A stretch of 63,085 nt of DNA, counting the filler, from Octopus bimaculoides (Eukaryota): the NCBI RefSeq assembly GCF_001194135.2. It is 6 parts of 4 records of this genome, joined end to end, with 100 filler letters (N's around TTAATTAATTAA, not from the genome) between each part and the next. Parts side by side here need not be neighbours in the genome. Positions count along the whole stretch, not along the records: positions 29,344 to 43,028 come from NC_068987.1; positions 43,129 to 50,449 come from NC_068985.1; positions 50,550 to 56,164 come from NC_068983.1; 3 more parts are not named here. One strand, given 5' to 3'. Shown here piece after piece: positions 40,667-53,962 of this stretch. Numbering within the stretch: the stretch's first letter is position 1; each line of letters starts with the position of its first letter. The translations under genes were made by a program, and so were the position numbers. The notes under the pieces were generated by a model that searched no databases, had not been told where the DNA came from, and saw only the letters and a program-made list of their open reading frames with translations.

Positions 40667-43159
40667 CACATCGTTATTTTAATTTCATATATTTTCTATC
40701 CCGTGTAACGAATTTTGACAAGAGAAGCACTAAGACGCATGCCAATCCATTGCAGCAAACTTGCTTTAAGGTACAGCTGTTGCTGATAATGGTGATATAA
40801 CCGCTCGGTCATTGGGAAAGACGCAGCACCAAATTTTCGTTAGTTTTAAGGGGGAGCAACATTTTATTTGTGTAAAATCATATTAGCTTCCACTGAATAG
40901 ACCTAAACCTATATAAACTAATCGTTACACAAACTCAGATACAAGAGATGCTCATAACAAAAGATACATACAACAAACCTCTGAACAGTTTCTTTCGAAA
41001 TAATTGCACTGCAAATTTTCGAAGAAACCAATTCATTATTCGACGAACCGCTTCCACATTTAACTTTGTATTGATATACATGTTGGTATGCTTCTGTTAT
41101 ATGCACGCACGTACGCACCCCGACACGGACACACACACAAGCCAACGCAATACATACAAAGACACACACACACGCGCGACACACACAAAGACACATAAAC
41201 ACACACATGTATATGTATTTAAATGTATATACATGTGTGCATATTCGCGTGCCTGTGAATACTTATTGCATCCCAGGTTTCGAATGGATAACTTTAACAT
41301 ATCATTCACAAATCCTTAAGTAATAATTACATCATTATAAGAGATTAGTTTTTAGTAATTAACAGTAACTTTGCAAATATAGTTATTAGCAATATCTAAT
41401 ACAAATACAAATTGACCGTAACCTATTATTTATTGTAAACTACGATTTATTAAATAAAATGTATTTAATGGGTATGTCTGTACTCGAAATAATATCCTCA
41501 AGACTAACATCTAGAACCTACAAATCGTTTCTTACGATACACAAGATCACAAGATTTTGCGTAAGAGGCAACTAAAATGGAGGGAAATAAGAAGGGACAG
41601 AAGCTGCAAAAAAAAAATGCTTCCGAAGATTTTTTCCAGTCCTTGCACACAAGGAATAGCGAACGTAATTTACTGATGGTGATACAGACACTGATAGTCG
41701 TACACACATAGACACATTGAGACACAGACGAATAAATATGTGTATACGGGTTCGTTATAATAAAGTGTAATGACTAAATGTTTAGTGAAAAAAAAAAGAA
41801 AGAAATATATATTCGGTCATCTAACTCTACACAAAAAACACTTGGAATTTCAGAAGAACATGAGACGGAACAATGATAAGGGATTATAAATCAGAGAAGA
41901 ACATGTGTGGGCGAGAACAAGTGAGTGTGAAAGACAGCTGCGGAGATGGAAAGACAAGAACCAGAGATGGCTTTAACGTAACAAGTGCAGAGTATGAATT
42001 TGACTATGTAGTCAACGATGGCAATGTTGGTGATGGTAAGGATAATATCGACGAAGAAGAGAAACAGAACATTATACGACACAAGAATAAAATACAAGGT
42101 AGAGGAAATGGAAGTCGAAGATAAAGAAATGCAATGAAGAAAATGGTGCAGAAAAAATGGTGAAAACATAAAAGCAAAAAGCCATTAAAAAAACAACTTT
42201 AAAAAAAATGAAATGAAAAACGAAGAATTAGCCGATAGAAAGTAGAAGAAATTGTGAAAAATTTAAAAAATATACACGTTGGAAAAATAAAACACGATAA
42301 AATGATGGATTCAGGAATAAAAGAAAGGCACAACTGCATATATCTGTTTGTTCCTGTTGAATTTGATGACAAGCACACGCACCTCAGCGATGTTTCCACT
42401 CTCCGAATGTCAGCTTGAATTATATGACTACATCACTGATAGGTGTTCCACTGGGACCAAAGCTATTCTCTGTTTGTTACTCGATGAATCTGAAAGCCAG
42501 CATCAATTTACTATAGGACTTGGTCTAACCATAATGCATTTCACTTTCGAAAACATTCAGGTAAATATGCAATCTGCATAGAATTTGTTACAAACAAAAC
42601 ACCCACACCAAAGCACTTACCTCTCCTATAATATATACAATGATCTTACACAGTTCTACAGCTGTTGTGATCGTTGAAGTTGTTGGTGTCGTCGTTGCTA
42701 CTGTGTTGCATCTACTGAAATTGATGGCAATGTTGATGGCGGTGATTATTTATCATAAAAAGGCGCAAGAATGAAGAGGAAGAATTAGAATTATGAAGGA
42801 GCTACATATGTGTACGGAGATGGGGCTTTTCTTCTTGTTCTGATTAGGTATATGGCCTTATATATATGTGTTTATTTGGGAAGTCTAGTGTGTGGCATTA
42901 TTCTGTAGTAATACCCTTATCTAAATATAAGCGAATAATTATATTCTTGGGAATAGAAATTTTCCTTATGAATTTTTTTACACTCTGCCTTCCTGATAAA
43001 ATTCTTGTAAAAGATTTTTATCCTTTTTNNNNNNNNNNNNNNNNNNNNNNNNNNNNNNNNNNNNNNNNNNNNTTAATTAATTAANNNNNNNNNNNNNNNN
43101 NNNNNNNNNNNNNNNNNNNNNNNNNNNNATCAGCCTTTGCCTTTCCCTTGGATAACGTT

Positions 43160-43338
43160 GTTATCCAAGGGAAAGGCAAAGGCTGATACAGCTTGGCACC
43201 AGTAATCTCGCAACTCATTTCTGCAGCTGAATGAACTGGAGCAACATGAAATAAAGTATCTTGCTCAAGAACACAACACGCAGCTCGGTCCGGGAATCGA
43301 ACTCACAACCTCACGTTCGTAAGCTCGACGCTCTAACA
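43160..43338 (-). mobile_element. tRNA-derived SINE family B copy
   Basis: The - strand has A box TGGCTCAGTTG, B box GTTCGATTCC and the core ttgagcaaga.actttatttca.gttgctccagt. Confidence 0.85.
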
Positions 43339-43664
43339 ACTGAGCCATCCGCCTTCACTTCACTTCACTTCACTCTCTCTCTCTCTCTCTATATATATAT
43401 TTATATATATGTATATATACACACACATGTATATATATGTATGTATTAGCATACACACACAAAGATATATCTTCATACATATGTGTGTGTGTATGCATAT
43501 ATACATTAATTTTTACACACATACTCATATATAATAATTTTGTGTACATATATGTCGATGAGACCTCTGTGGTGGGCTAGAAATAGGAACAAAGCCCAGT
43601 CAATTCATACCTTACTTTTAAAAACTGAAGGACACATTAGTTATTTTAAATTAGTTATAATGTA

Positions 43665-44720
43665 TTGAGGCATCCCATAAATAATGCGGTTTTTTTAAAA
43701 TACTTCTTTTATTATTCAAGATAAAAAAAAAAGTTCTTTTTTAATCTAAAATATACTCTCCTTCATTTTCTTCAACACTTTTTCATTCCATCTATCTGGT
43801 AGACTTACAAGGCCCTCTTCTAAAATTCACTTGTCAACGACAAAAGATATTCCTGCAGTACTGTTCTGACCTCGTCTACAGAATTCATATTTTTCCCGTC
43901 CAAATGAGTTTGAAGACTGCGGATAAATGATAATCAGATGGGAAAAAGTCCGGCGAATATGGTAGGTGAGGTATCGTTTCCAATTCAAACTGCTCCAGCC
44001 TTTGGAATGACATCCTCGTTGTATGTGGCCGAGAATTATCCTGATGGAAGAACACATTACGCCGCTCAAGCTGCTCGCAGTAGATCTCCTTTGTTATCGT
44101 TTGGTTTGGGTTTAAAAGTTCAAAATGGACGAAACCTTTCATATCCCACCAAACAGATAACAACACCTTGCATGGGTGAAGACCTTCTTTAGCCTGGGGT
44201 GCCGTTGTTTTTCTTTCCCCTTCCCACTGTTTTCAGCGCTTAGTATTTTTATAGAGAACCCATTTCCCGTCACCAGTCACTATTCGTTTTAAAAAGGTTT
44301 CATTCTTGAGACGTGACAGCAAAGAAGAGCACACATTCACTCTCTGCGCGTGATTAAACTCGGAAAATTTGTGAGAAACCCATCGACCCAATTTGAAGAC
44401 TTTTCCGATGGTACTCAGGTGTCGATGAATGGTTGAATGACCAAATCCAAGCTTCTCGGCAAGTTCTTCAACAATTACGATGGAATTTTGTTCCACCAAG
44501 GTTTGCAGGACGTCCCCGTCCAGCTCTACATATCTTCCACGACGAGGCTCATCTTCTAAGCTGTAGTTTCGGGCTCGAAATTTTTGGAACCACCGTTGAC
44601 ACTGGCTTACGCTTATCGTCCGATTCCCAATATACTGCATTAATATTCCTCACACTTTCCGTTGCGTTGTTACCTTCACTGAACCCATAAAGCAACATAT
44701 GCAGAATATGCCCTCGATAT
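43665..44720 (-). mobile_element. Mariner (D,D34D) transposon, transposase pseudogene with stops and frameshifts; one TIR at about 43665-43695
   Basis: HTH region (SLEDEPRRGR), WVSHKF (WVPHEL-like), IVTGDGKW, LLSVWWD, FFHQDNSRPH and YSPDFFPSDYHL. The TIR matches 60946-60976. Confidence 0.92.
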
Positions 44721-44949
44721 GTGTTGTTAAACCCTCCGGCTTCGTCTCCTGAGTGAAGGTATCTGACACTTGAAAAACCTGAAACACGCAAAATCGCAGT
44801 AACATCACTGACGATGTGTTCAAGTGCATCGCAGGATGATGTCTGAAAAAAACTGGTTTAACACAGTCCTCTGCTACCGCACTTATCAAACACACACAAA
44901 CTACATTTAAGACGTATTATATTAATTAGAAGCTCGCTAACTATAAAAT

Positions 44950-45180
44950 GTGGAGGGACGTGGCTTAGTGGTTAGGGTGTCAGCACCACGATCGTAAGAT
45001 TGTGCTTTCGATTCCTGGACCGGGTGACGCGTTGCGTACTTGAGCAAAACACTTCATTTCACGTTGCTCCAGTTCCCTCAGCTGGCAAACATAAGTAACG
45101 CTGCGATGGACTGGCGTCCTGTCCAGCTAGGGAACACATACGCCATTGAAACCGGGAAACCGGGCCCATGATCCTGGCGC
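44950..45180 (+). mobile_element. Full-length tRNA-derived SINE family B; related copies at 45262-45545 (-) and 47479-47745 (+)
   Basis: A box TGGCTTAGTGG (about 44961), B box TTCGATTCC (about 45007), conserved core, (ATT)n tail. Confidence 0.85.
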
Positions 45181-46082
45181 ATTTATTATTATTATTATTA
45201 ACTATAATGTAAATGAACTCATTTACAAAACCTTCATGAAATATGCTTTGCGCCAAGCTACAGACTAGTCACTCCGTCGGTTACGACGTTGAGTGTTCTG
45301 GTTGATTCCATGAAATGGACAATCTGCACGTGAAATTAACGTGCTGAGTACTCCACAGACACATGTACGCCTGACGAAGTTCTCAGGGAGATTCAGCGTG
45401 ACACACAGAATGAAATACAGGTACAACTCATGTTTTTGTCAGCTGAGTGCGCTGGAGTAATGGAAAATAAAAGTGCTTTGCTTAAAGACATAATGCACCG
45501 CCGGGAATCGAACTTACGACTTTACGGATCATCTGAATTACCTGCCCTTGAAATAACGTGTAAATGATTAAGCATTTCATAGGCACTTGTATTTCCTTTA
45601 ATGTAATTCTCAAGCAGAATCATGATGATAGAAAGCGGGATTATAGATTCAGTCCGCACGACGAGCGTCTATACAATTTCGGTCTACCAATTTCTCATAC
45701 ATGATACGGATCGACCGAAGGCTATGAAAAGATGATACGTGCACAAGATATCACGCAGTGGGACGAAGCGAATGTCTTAACCATATGGTTATACACAGCA
45801 AAAATCATTTGGTTATATATTAGAAAAATACACAAATTGAGAAAGAAAAAAAAAAGGAAGACACTTTTCTATTAATAACTTATCACAAATATGTTAACTC
45901 ACGAATAAGCTATCAACTCTGACGGTACAGTTCACGCAAAATACGCCAAAATCACTTCGTCTTGAAGATGAGAGTGTGAGGATCATGAAACGTGATGATG
46001 CATTTAAAAATAAATTCTTGCAGAGAAACTGCAAAAAACTTATCCGAAAATATGCAGATAAAAGATATATAAGCCACGTTCT

Positions 46083-46116
<34 letters not shown>

Positions 46117-46234
46117 CATGCATGTATGTGTATATGCAAGGAGAAAGAAAGAAAAAGTAAGAGAAAGAAATACTAAAAAGCAACTATAAATCTATCTCTC
46201 CTTCGTACACCCACTAAAAATCGTACGTTCTCTC

Positions 46235-46485
46235 TTCGGCTCCACTTTAGCGTGCAGTCTGTCTGACCATTTACACTTTAGCGTGTAGTCCAACCCTAAC
46301 CCTAACTTTAAACCTAACCTAACACTAAACCCTAACCCTAATCTGACTCTAAATCTTAAAATTTAACCCAATACCATAAACTAGCCCTAAGCCCTAACAC
46401 TAACCCTAACCCCGATCCTAAACCCAGATCAAGTCATTTCACAGCGCAGACTACGAACACTGCGGTAGGCCGCACACTAAAGAAG
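46235..46485. mobile_element. Non-autonomous element with an internal degenerate (CCCTAA)n array; related inverted copy at about 56450-56590
   Basis: ccatttacactttagcgtgtagtccaaccctaaccctaac here versus gttagggttagggttaggttagactacacgcaaaagtgtagatgg at about 56525-56568. Short inverted repeats ctttagcgtg / cacactaaag flank the array. Confidence 0.65.
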
Positions 46486-48044
46486 CATCCTCTATTCTTT
46501 CTCAGTTAGAGAATTCACTGTAGGCCCTTAACCCTGCAAGTTACGGGGAAATCACCACTAGTGTTATTGGCACGAAAAAACAGCAGGCAGTAACAGTCGC
46601 CAGAATCTGTCTAGCCACCCATCCTATGCTAGACTGGAAGCCGAACGTTAAATACATAGGCGCGGGCATGGTGGTGTAGTTAAAAATGATCGCTTTGCAA
46701 CCACGAAGTTTCAGGTTCAATCTCACTGCGTGACAATTTGGGCAATTGTATCCTTCTGTCATCCGAGGCCGACCTTTGCCTTCTGNNNNNNNNNNNNNNN
46801 NNNNNNNNNNNNNNNNNNNNNNNNNNNNNNNNNNNNNNNNNNNNNNNNNNNNNNNNNNNNNNNNNNNNNNNNNNNNNNNNNNNNNNNNNNNNNNNNNNNN
46901 NNNNNNNNNNNNNNNNNNNNNNNNNNNNNNNNNNNNNNNNNNNNNNNNNNNNNNNNNNNNNNNNNNNNNNNNNNNNNNNNNNNNNNNNNNNNNNNNNNNN
47001 NNNNNNNNNNNNNNNNNNNNNNNNNNNNNNNNNNNNNNNNNNNNNNNNNNNNNNNNNNNNNNNNNNNNNNNNNNNNNNNNNNNNNNNNNNNNNNNNNNNN
47101 NNNNNNNNNNNNNNNNNNNNNNNNNNNNNNNNNNNNNNNNNNNNNNNNNNNNNNNNNNNNNNNNNNNNNNNNNNNNNNNNNNNNNNNNNNNNNNNNNNNN
47201 NNNNNNNNNNNNNNNNNNNNNNNNNNNNNNNNNNNNNNNNNNNNNNNNNNNNNNNNNNNNNNNNNNNNNNNNNNNNNNNNNNNNNNNNNNNNNNNNNNNN
47301 NNNNNNNNNNNNNNNNNNNNNNNNNNNNNNNNNNNNNNNNNNNNNNNNNNNNNNNNNNNNNNNNNNNNNNNNNNNNNNNNNNNNNNNNNNNNNNNNNNNN
47401 NNNNNNNNNNNNNNNNNNNNNNNNNNNNNNNNNNNNNNNNNNNNNNNNNNNNNNNNNNNNNNNNNNNNNNNNNNNNNNCGCGGTTTCGAATCCCAGAACG
47501 GGCGTTGTGTGTGTTTATTGAGCGAAAACATCTAAAGCTCCAGCAGGGGATGGCGGCGGCCCCTGTTGTACTCTATCACCACAACTTTCTCTCACTCTTA
47601 CTTCCTGTTTCTGTTGTGCCTGTAATTCAAAGGGTCAGCCTTGTCACACTGTGTCACGCTGAATATCCCTGAGAACTACGTTAAGGGTACACGTGTCTGT
47701 GGAGTGCTCAGCCACTTGCACGTTAATTTCACGAGTGCCAACAACATCGTTGGGTACATATAGGGTTAGATAGCGCATGGAATAATAATCTGGTTCGCCA
47801 CCGGAACAAATTGTAGCTCGTAGAGAGATAAATACTATAGCTCCTTTCGGAGCCGATAAAATAAGTACCAAGCGAGCGATAGGGTCCATGTAATTCGGTT
47901 ACCCCTATCTTCGCCTTTCATCCTTTCGGGGTCGATAATATAAAGCACCAATAAAGCACGATGTAATCGACTAGCCCTGTATCCTTAAAACTGCAGGCAT
48001 TGTGCCAAAATTTGAAATCAGTATTGATATCATGCATATACGCA

Positions 48045-48233
48045 AACTGGTGAGCTGGCAAAATCGATAGCAAGCCGGTCAAAATGCTTAGCGGCATTTC
48101 GTCCGTCTTTACGTTCTGAGTTCAAATTCCGCCGAAGTCGACTTTACCCTTTTATCCTTTCGGGGTCGATTAAATATGAGTTGAACATTGGTGTCAGTGT
48201 AATCGACTTGTCCCATCCTTAAAATATCTGGTC
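48045..48233 (+). mobile_element. SINE family A copy, preceded by a degenerate copy at about 47785-48020
   Basis: ggtgagctggcaaaatcgatagc...gagttcaaattccgccgaagtcgactttaccc...cggggtcgat. Confidence 0.85.
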
Positions 48234-48235
48234 TT

Positions 48236-48632
48236 ATGCGTGGCTGTGTGATAAGATGCTTGCTTCCCAACTACACGGTTCTGGGTTCAGTCCCACTGCG
48301 CGGCACCTTGGGCAAGTATCTTCTACTATAGCCTTGGACCGACCAAAGCCTTGTGAATGGATTTGTAGACGGAAACTGAAAGAAGACCGTCGTTTATATG
48401 TGTATGTATATATATATATGTATGTGTGTGTATATGTTTGTCCCCCCACCATCGCTTGACAACCGATGCTGGTGTGTTTTCGCCCTCCTAACTTAGTGCT
48501 TCGGCAAAGTGACCGACAGAATGCGTACTAGTCTTCCAAAAAAAATAATAAGTCCGGGGTGTCGATTTGTTCGACTAAAGGCGCTGCTCCAGCATGGCCG
48601 TTGTCAAATGACTGAAACCAGCAAAAGAGTAA
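48236..48632 (+). mobile_element. Full-length SINE family C with an internal (TA/TG)n; partial copies at 46637-46785 (+), 56285-56445 (-), about 45640-45790 (-) and about 23400-23440
   Basis: tRNA-like head tggctgtgtgataag...gggttcagtcccactgcg, core ccttgggcaagt.tcttctactatagcc...gacggaaactgaaagaag, tail gctccagcatggccg. Confidence 0.85.
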
Positions 48633-50612
48633 AAGAATTATACATAAACGCGTGACATAAACTTCAGAGATTCTTTGCTTCGAGATGGACTGTTTTAGCA
48701 TCATTTATAGTTTCCTGTCCATCTTCCTGGTGCCTCCGTGCTTTCAGATGTTTGTGTCTTCCAAGAAACTTCAGGAGCGACATAAAATGTTTGGAGTCCA
48801 TTTTTATTTAATGGTGATCAGATGATTCAATTGTATCTTTGGAAACCCTTCCATATCTTCAGCGGGTCACTGAGGTCACCGTATTTCACACTTTACACTG
48901 CCCTTCGCCTATGTGAAGTAGCGAGGACTAAATCAGGATTTTACAGCGGAAGGTTTCCAATTACAGTTTCTTCTTTCTTTACTGCCCACAAGGGGCTAAA
49001 CAAAGATGGGACAAACAAGGACAGACAAAGGGATTAAGTCGATTACATCGACCTTCAGTGCGTAACTGGTACTTATTTAATTGATCCCGAAAGGATGAAA
49101 GGCAAAGTCGACCTCGGTGGAATTTGAACTCAGAACGTAGCGGCAGACGAAATACCGTTAAGCATTTATAGTTTCTTGCCAACCACAATCTTTTTAAACT
49201 TGTCTCCTATGGAATAATGATCTTCTAACTGGCTTTCTTTCCAAACTGATCTTCTGACTTGTTTCTGTAAATACCAATTGCAATATATATTTAAACAGGT
49301 AAATTCCAAATTATACAATTGCTGTTGCATTGCGATGATGAAGAAATCACTTGTGTGTACATTTGCTTCCATAAACGTCCCAAACTTTCCAGAAGTTTAT
49401 CATTTAAATATATATGGGCATGTTTGGAATTTCAACATCAGCAACAGGGCAATTGTTTGTATGTATGTATGTATGTATGTATGTATGTATGTATGTATGT
49501 ATGTATGTATGTATGTATGTATTTTCATGCAAATAGTTGTATATCTGGACATGCTCATATATATTTAAATGATAAACTTCTGGAAAGTTTTACAGATTTT
49601 GACAGTTCCAGTGATGGATTGGATCTATAGTCTTCGAATCAGCTTTCTCCTTTCTGGTTTTGAGAAGCTTAATTTCTCAAGATTGGTATTTAGGTAGTGT
49701 GTTACATATCCCAGGGCCCCGTTAATTATAGGCAGGTATAAACCTGAACTTGTAATCTAGATAGAGTAATTGCAGATTTCTCAATAGTTCAGCATAGGTG
49801 TTCTCTTTCTCTTTTCTTTTCTTTTCTTTTTTTTTTATCTATGTATGTATGCATGCATACATGTATGTATGTTCGTACATACATACATACATACATAGAT
49901 GTAGTCGGAAGCCAGAAGCCAGGAGAAGACGAACAATGACTTGGCCACCTCTGCTGAACCACCAGCGACGTAGTGTTACAGTTCAGGGTCGTAATACACG
50001 ATGATCGTTGGATACCGTCCGATGACATCAGTTCCTCCTGGTCAACTTCATCTAGGTGTATATGTGCTTCGTGTGTGCATGTGTGTGTGTGTGTGCATGT
50101 ATTTAACGGCGCTTATTTTTCTTCTGCTGTCTACATATACATAAATATATAAACACCAATATATAAATAAATAGATAAATATGTAAACAAATAAGTAAAT
50201 AAATATATATACAAAGATAAAAAAAATACCATTTTACCATCAAGTTTCTTCACGCAGTCAAGCGGATATATGCTTGCATGCTACCCCAATCAATACTATA
50301 ACATCCACACTACAACAACAGCTACTACTGGTGGTAGTCGTAGTAGTAGTAGTAGTAGTAGTAGTAGTAAATGATATGACCAATACAGTTCTCTTTTAAT
50401 AATAAATTACACACACTGACGGCCTGTTCTGTCCTTTAATATGATATTANNNNNNNNNNNNNNNNNNNNNNNNNNNNNNNNNNNNNNNNNNNNTTAATTA
50501 ATTAANNNNNNNNNNNNNNNNNNNNNNNNNNNNNNNNNNNNNNNNNNNNACACTGTTTTCTGAAGCTGTACTAGACTGGGTTTTATGCCTATTTCTTCTA
50601 TCATCATCATCA

Positions 50613-50670
<58 letters not shown>

Positions 50671-52245
50671 TGTCATCATCATCATCATCATTATTGAGCT
50701 GGCAGAAACATTAATGCTCGGGCAAAATTCTTAGTGGTATTTCATCCAGCATTTTGTGTTTTGAGATCAAATCACGGTGATGTCAGCTCTGCTTTTCATT
50801 CTTTCGGGAATGATAAAATAAAGTTTAATATCGAATACTTTTATTTAGTAAATATCATAGTACGAAGAACACTTTGTTTGATTGTATACTTCTTTTAACA
50901 GATTACACAATTCCTTCTTTAGCAAAAGAACTCTTCACTAAAATCTAATTTTTCGCAATTTATTAATGGTTCTTGGAAAGTGATGATCATGCATTTACGT
51001 TTGCCTAAAGATTCGCAAGAACGTGTGTTACATAATACAGCTATTATAAGATGTAAAAAATCGATTACTTTGTTGGATATTATGTTGATTTAGCTACGAA
51101 TCATATTCAACCTTAATACTGCCGACTTATGATCAAACGCCTAGCTTCAGTTATAACGTGATTGTAATGTAATGTATACGGTATTGTATATTGTATGGTG
51201 TTCTGTTTTAAACTGTAATCACGGCTTATAAACGAAGTGTTTAATCCATAGTTCTACTCGGGGATAATGCTATGCTAATGTTGCAGCTATGGCTGTTTAT
51301 AAAAAATGGCGTTCAAAAGAGGGCCAATGAAAAAATAATAACTGCAAACTTATTTGCATAAGCTGATAACAGTCATTCTCTCAATTTACATCGAGCTAAC
51401 AACGATATATTGATGGTAAAATTTGTCTGTGTAATTCACTTGCTTTAGTTGTTCTTTCCGTGCTGAATACATTGTTGCAAAAGATTCGAGTAGTTGTCAA
51501 ATCTGAATCGGAAACTGGGTAGACTTCGCCTGCAATTTCCAGGAAGTTGAGCAACAATATACAGGACTTCTTTCATTAGCAGAATAGTTTGGTGTGTGAT
51601 TGTGTGAGTGTACGTTAGGTTCATTCTAATATCTTACAAACGCACGCACGCGCGCACGCAGACACACACATAGATTCTCCCTCACACACACACGCACGCA
51701 CGCACGCACGCACACACATATATGTATGTATTATGTATGTATGTATGTTAGAATCCCCGAAAAGCTATCGGGTGATAGTCCAGCATTCAACTCTGAGTGC
51801 ATTGCATTTTATAGCAAAAACAACTGTTAGCTAATGAAGTGCATAACATAATTATCTATTCCTTTGTTATTCTAATTTCTTTNNNNNNNNNNNNNNNNNN
51901 NNNNNNNNNNNNNNNNNNNNNNNNNNNNNNNNNNNNNNNNNNNNNNNNNNNNNNNNNNNNNNNNNNNNNNNNNNNNNNNNNNNNNNNNNNNNNNNNNNNN
52001 NNNNNNNNNNNNNNNNNNNNNNNNNNNNNNNNNNNNNNNNNNNNNNNNNNNNNNNNNNNNNNNNNNNNNNNNNNNNNNNNNNNNNNNNNNNNNNNNNNNN
52101 NNNNNNNNNNNNNNNNNNNNNNNNNNNNNNNNNNNNNNNNNNNNNNNNNNNNNNNNNNNNNNNNNNNNNNNNNNNNNNNNNNNNNNNNNNNNNNNNNNNN
52201 NNNNNNNNNNNNNNNNNNNNNNNNNNNNNNNNNNNNNNNNNNNNN

Positions 52246-52300
<55 letters not shown>

Positions 52301-52769
52301 ACACACATATATATGCATATACACATACATATGTATATATACAGATACGCACATGCATACTCACACATACACACCTACACACACACACTCATACATACTT
52401 ATATCAATATCCATGAGTGACTGCGTGTGTGAAGTGAGATATGAATATATGTATATCACGTGAACAAGTCATGGCTGCACGGTTGTAATTATGATATTAA
52501 GACAGAGGAGCGGTGGCGTGGAAACCGTGTGATACCGGGCAAAAAGCTTTGCTGTATTTAGTCAGGTCTTCTTACCTTAAAATTTCAAACCTCGCCAAGA
52601 TTTGACTTTGGATATCCTCTCACTAGAATTGACAATACAAGTCCCGCTTAAGATATTTGTCTGTATACATTCAATTATAACTGCTTCTCTGAATTGTTAA
52701 ATCTTATTCCTATCAACAGCTTTTGTAATTACAGAGGGCAACAAGGCGGTGATCTGGAAATATCATTAA

Positions 52770-53625
52770 AACGTCGGAGAAATATCTCATCGTATTTCTT
52801 GCGGCCTTGGACGTTCCGAGTTGGAATATTATTGAGGTCAATATAACTGGATTCGAAAAAATAAAATACCAGTCAAGAATCGGATCGAAGAATTCGACCA
52901 CATCCTTTCCATCAATACTGCTGCTTTGCGCCAAATAAATTGCAAACAATTATTACAGAGGGTTCTGAATTCCAACTGGGCGTTAAATTCCCTGCTACCA
53001 GTCTGTGTTCATACAAGAAATCAGGGAAGCGGCGAGGTGGCAGAATCGTTAGCACATCGAGCAAAGCACTTAGCGGCATTTCGTCTGTCTTTATGTTCTG
53101 AGTTCAAATTCTGCCGAAGTCGACTTTGCCTTTCATCCCCTCGGGATCGATAAAATAGGTACTAGTTGGGCACTGGTGTCGACATAATCTATTTGCCCCT
53201 ACCTTCGAACTTGCTGGTCTTGTGTGCCAAAATTTGAAATCATTATTATTGTAATCAAGGTGGTGAGCTGGCAGAAACGTTAGCACGCCGGGCGAAATGT
53301 CTAGCGGTATTTCGTCTGTCTATAGGATCTGAGTTCGAATTCAGCCGAGGTCAACTTTACTTTTCATCCTTCCGGAATCGATAAATTAAGTACCAGTGAA
53401 ACACTGGGGGTCGATGTAATCGATTATCTTCCTCCCCCAAATTTCAGGCCTTTTGCCTTTAGTAGAAAGGACTATTATTTCTGTTGTTATTCTACCAAGA
53501 TCTACTTTGCCTTCCATTCTTTCAAAGTTTGTACAAAAAGTACCAGCCAAGTACTAGAATCGATGTAATCGACTTATTCATTTCCCCGAAATTGCGGGCC
53601 TCATACCAAAATTTGCAATTATTAT
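52770..53625 (+). mobile_element. Stack of about four head-to-tail SINE family A copies of differing divergence
   Basis: Units start at about 52770, 53025, 53258 and 53480; most end in aaatttgaaa(t/c)cattattat. Confidence 0.8.
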
Positions 53626-53631
53626 TATTAT

Positions 53632-53905
53632 TGATGCCAGAACCTTCTTAAGTATCCTAGCTGACCTTAATACTGTTTTCTCGAGTTGCACTAAACTCAG
53701 ATTTATGCCCATTTCCTCTGCCTATCTGTTCAAATCTATCTGTTCCTAATCACTTATAACTACAAGGATACCTTTTACTCACACTTTCCTTAGCACCTAT
53801 AATGGATAGGTCTTTGTACTTTGCTATCTTCTCTATGATTCTCATTATTGACCATTTCGTCTGGGACTGTAAAGTGAATTGCCTGGCACTTTCAATTCTT
53901 TTTGT

Positions 53906-53962
<57 letters not shown>

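Noticed and set aside
40771-40791. 21-nt phase-1 microexon candidate
   Set aside because: Both splice sites are weak, within chance expectation.
44950-45030. tRNA-like A/B boxes (also at 43270-43338 and 60505-60575)
   Set aside because: No complete cloverleaf; they continue into SINE bodies, so they are SINE heads rather than tRNA genes.
46295-46420. True telomere or chromosome-fusion site
   Set aside because: The repeats are short, degenerate and embedded in a dispersed element, with no head-to-head arrays.
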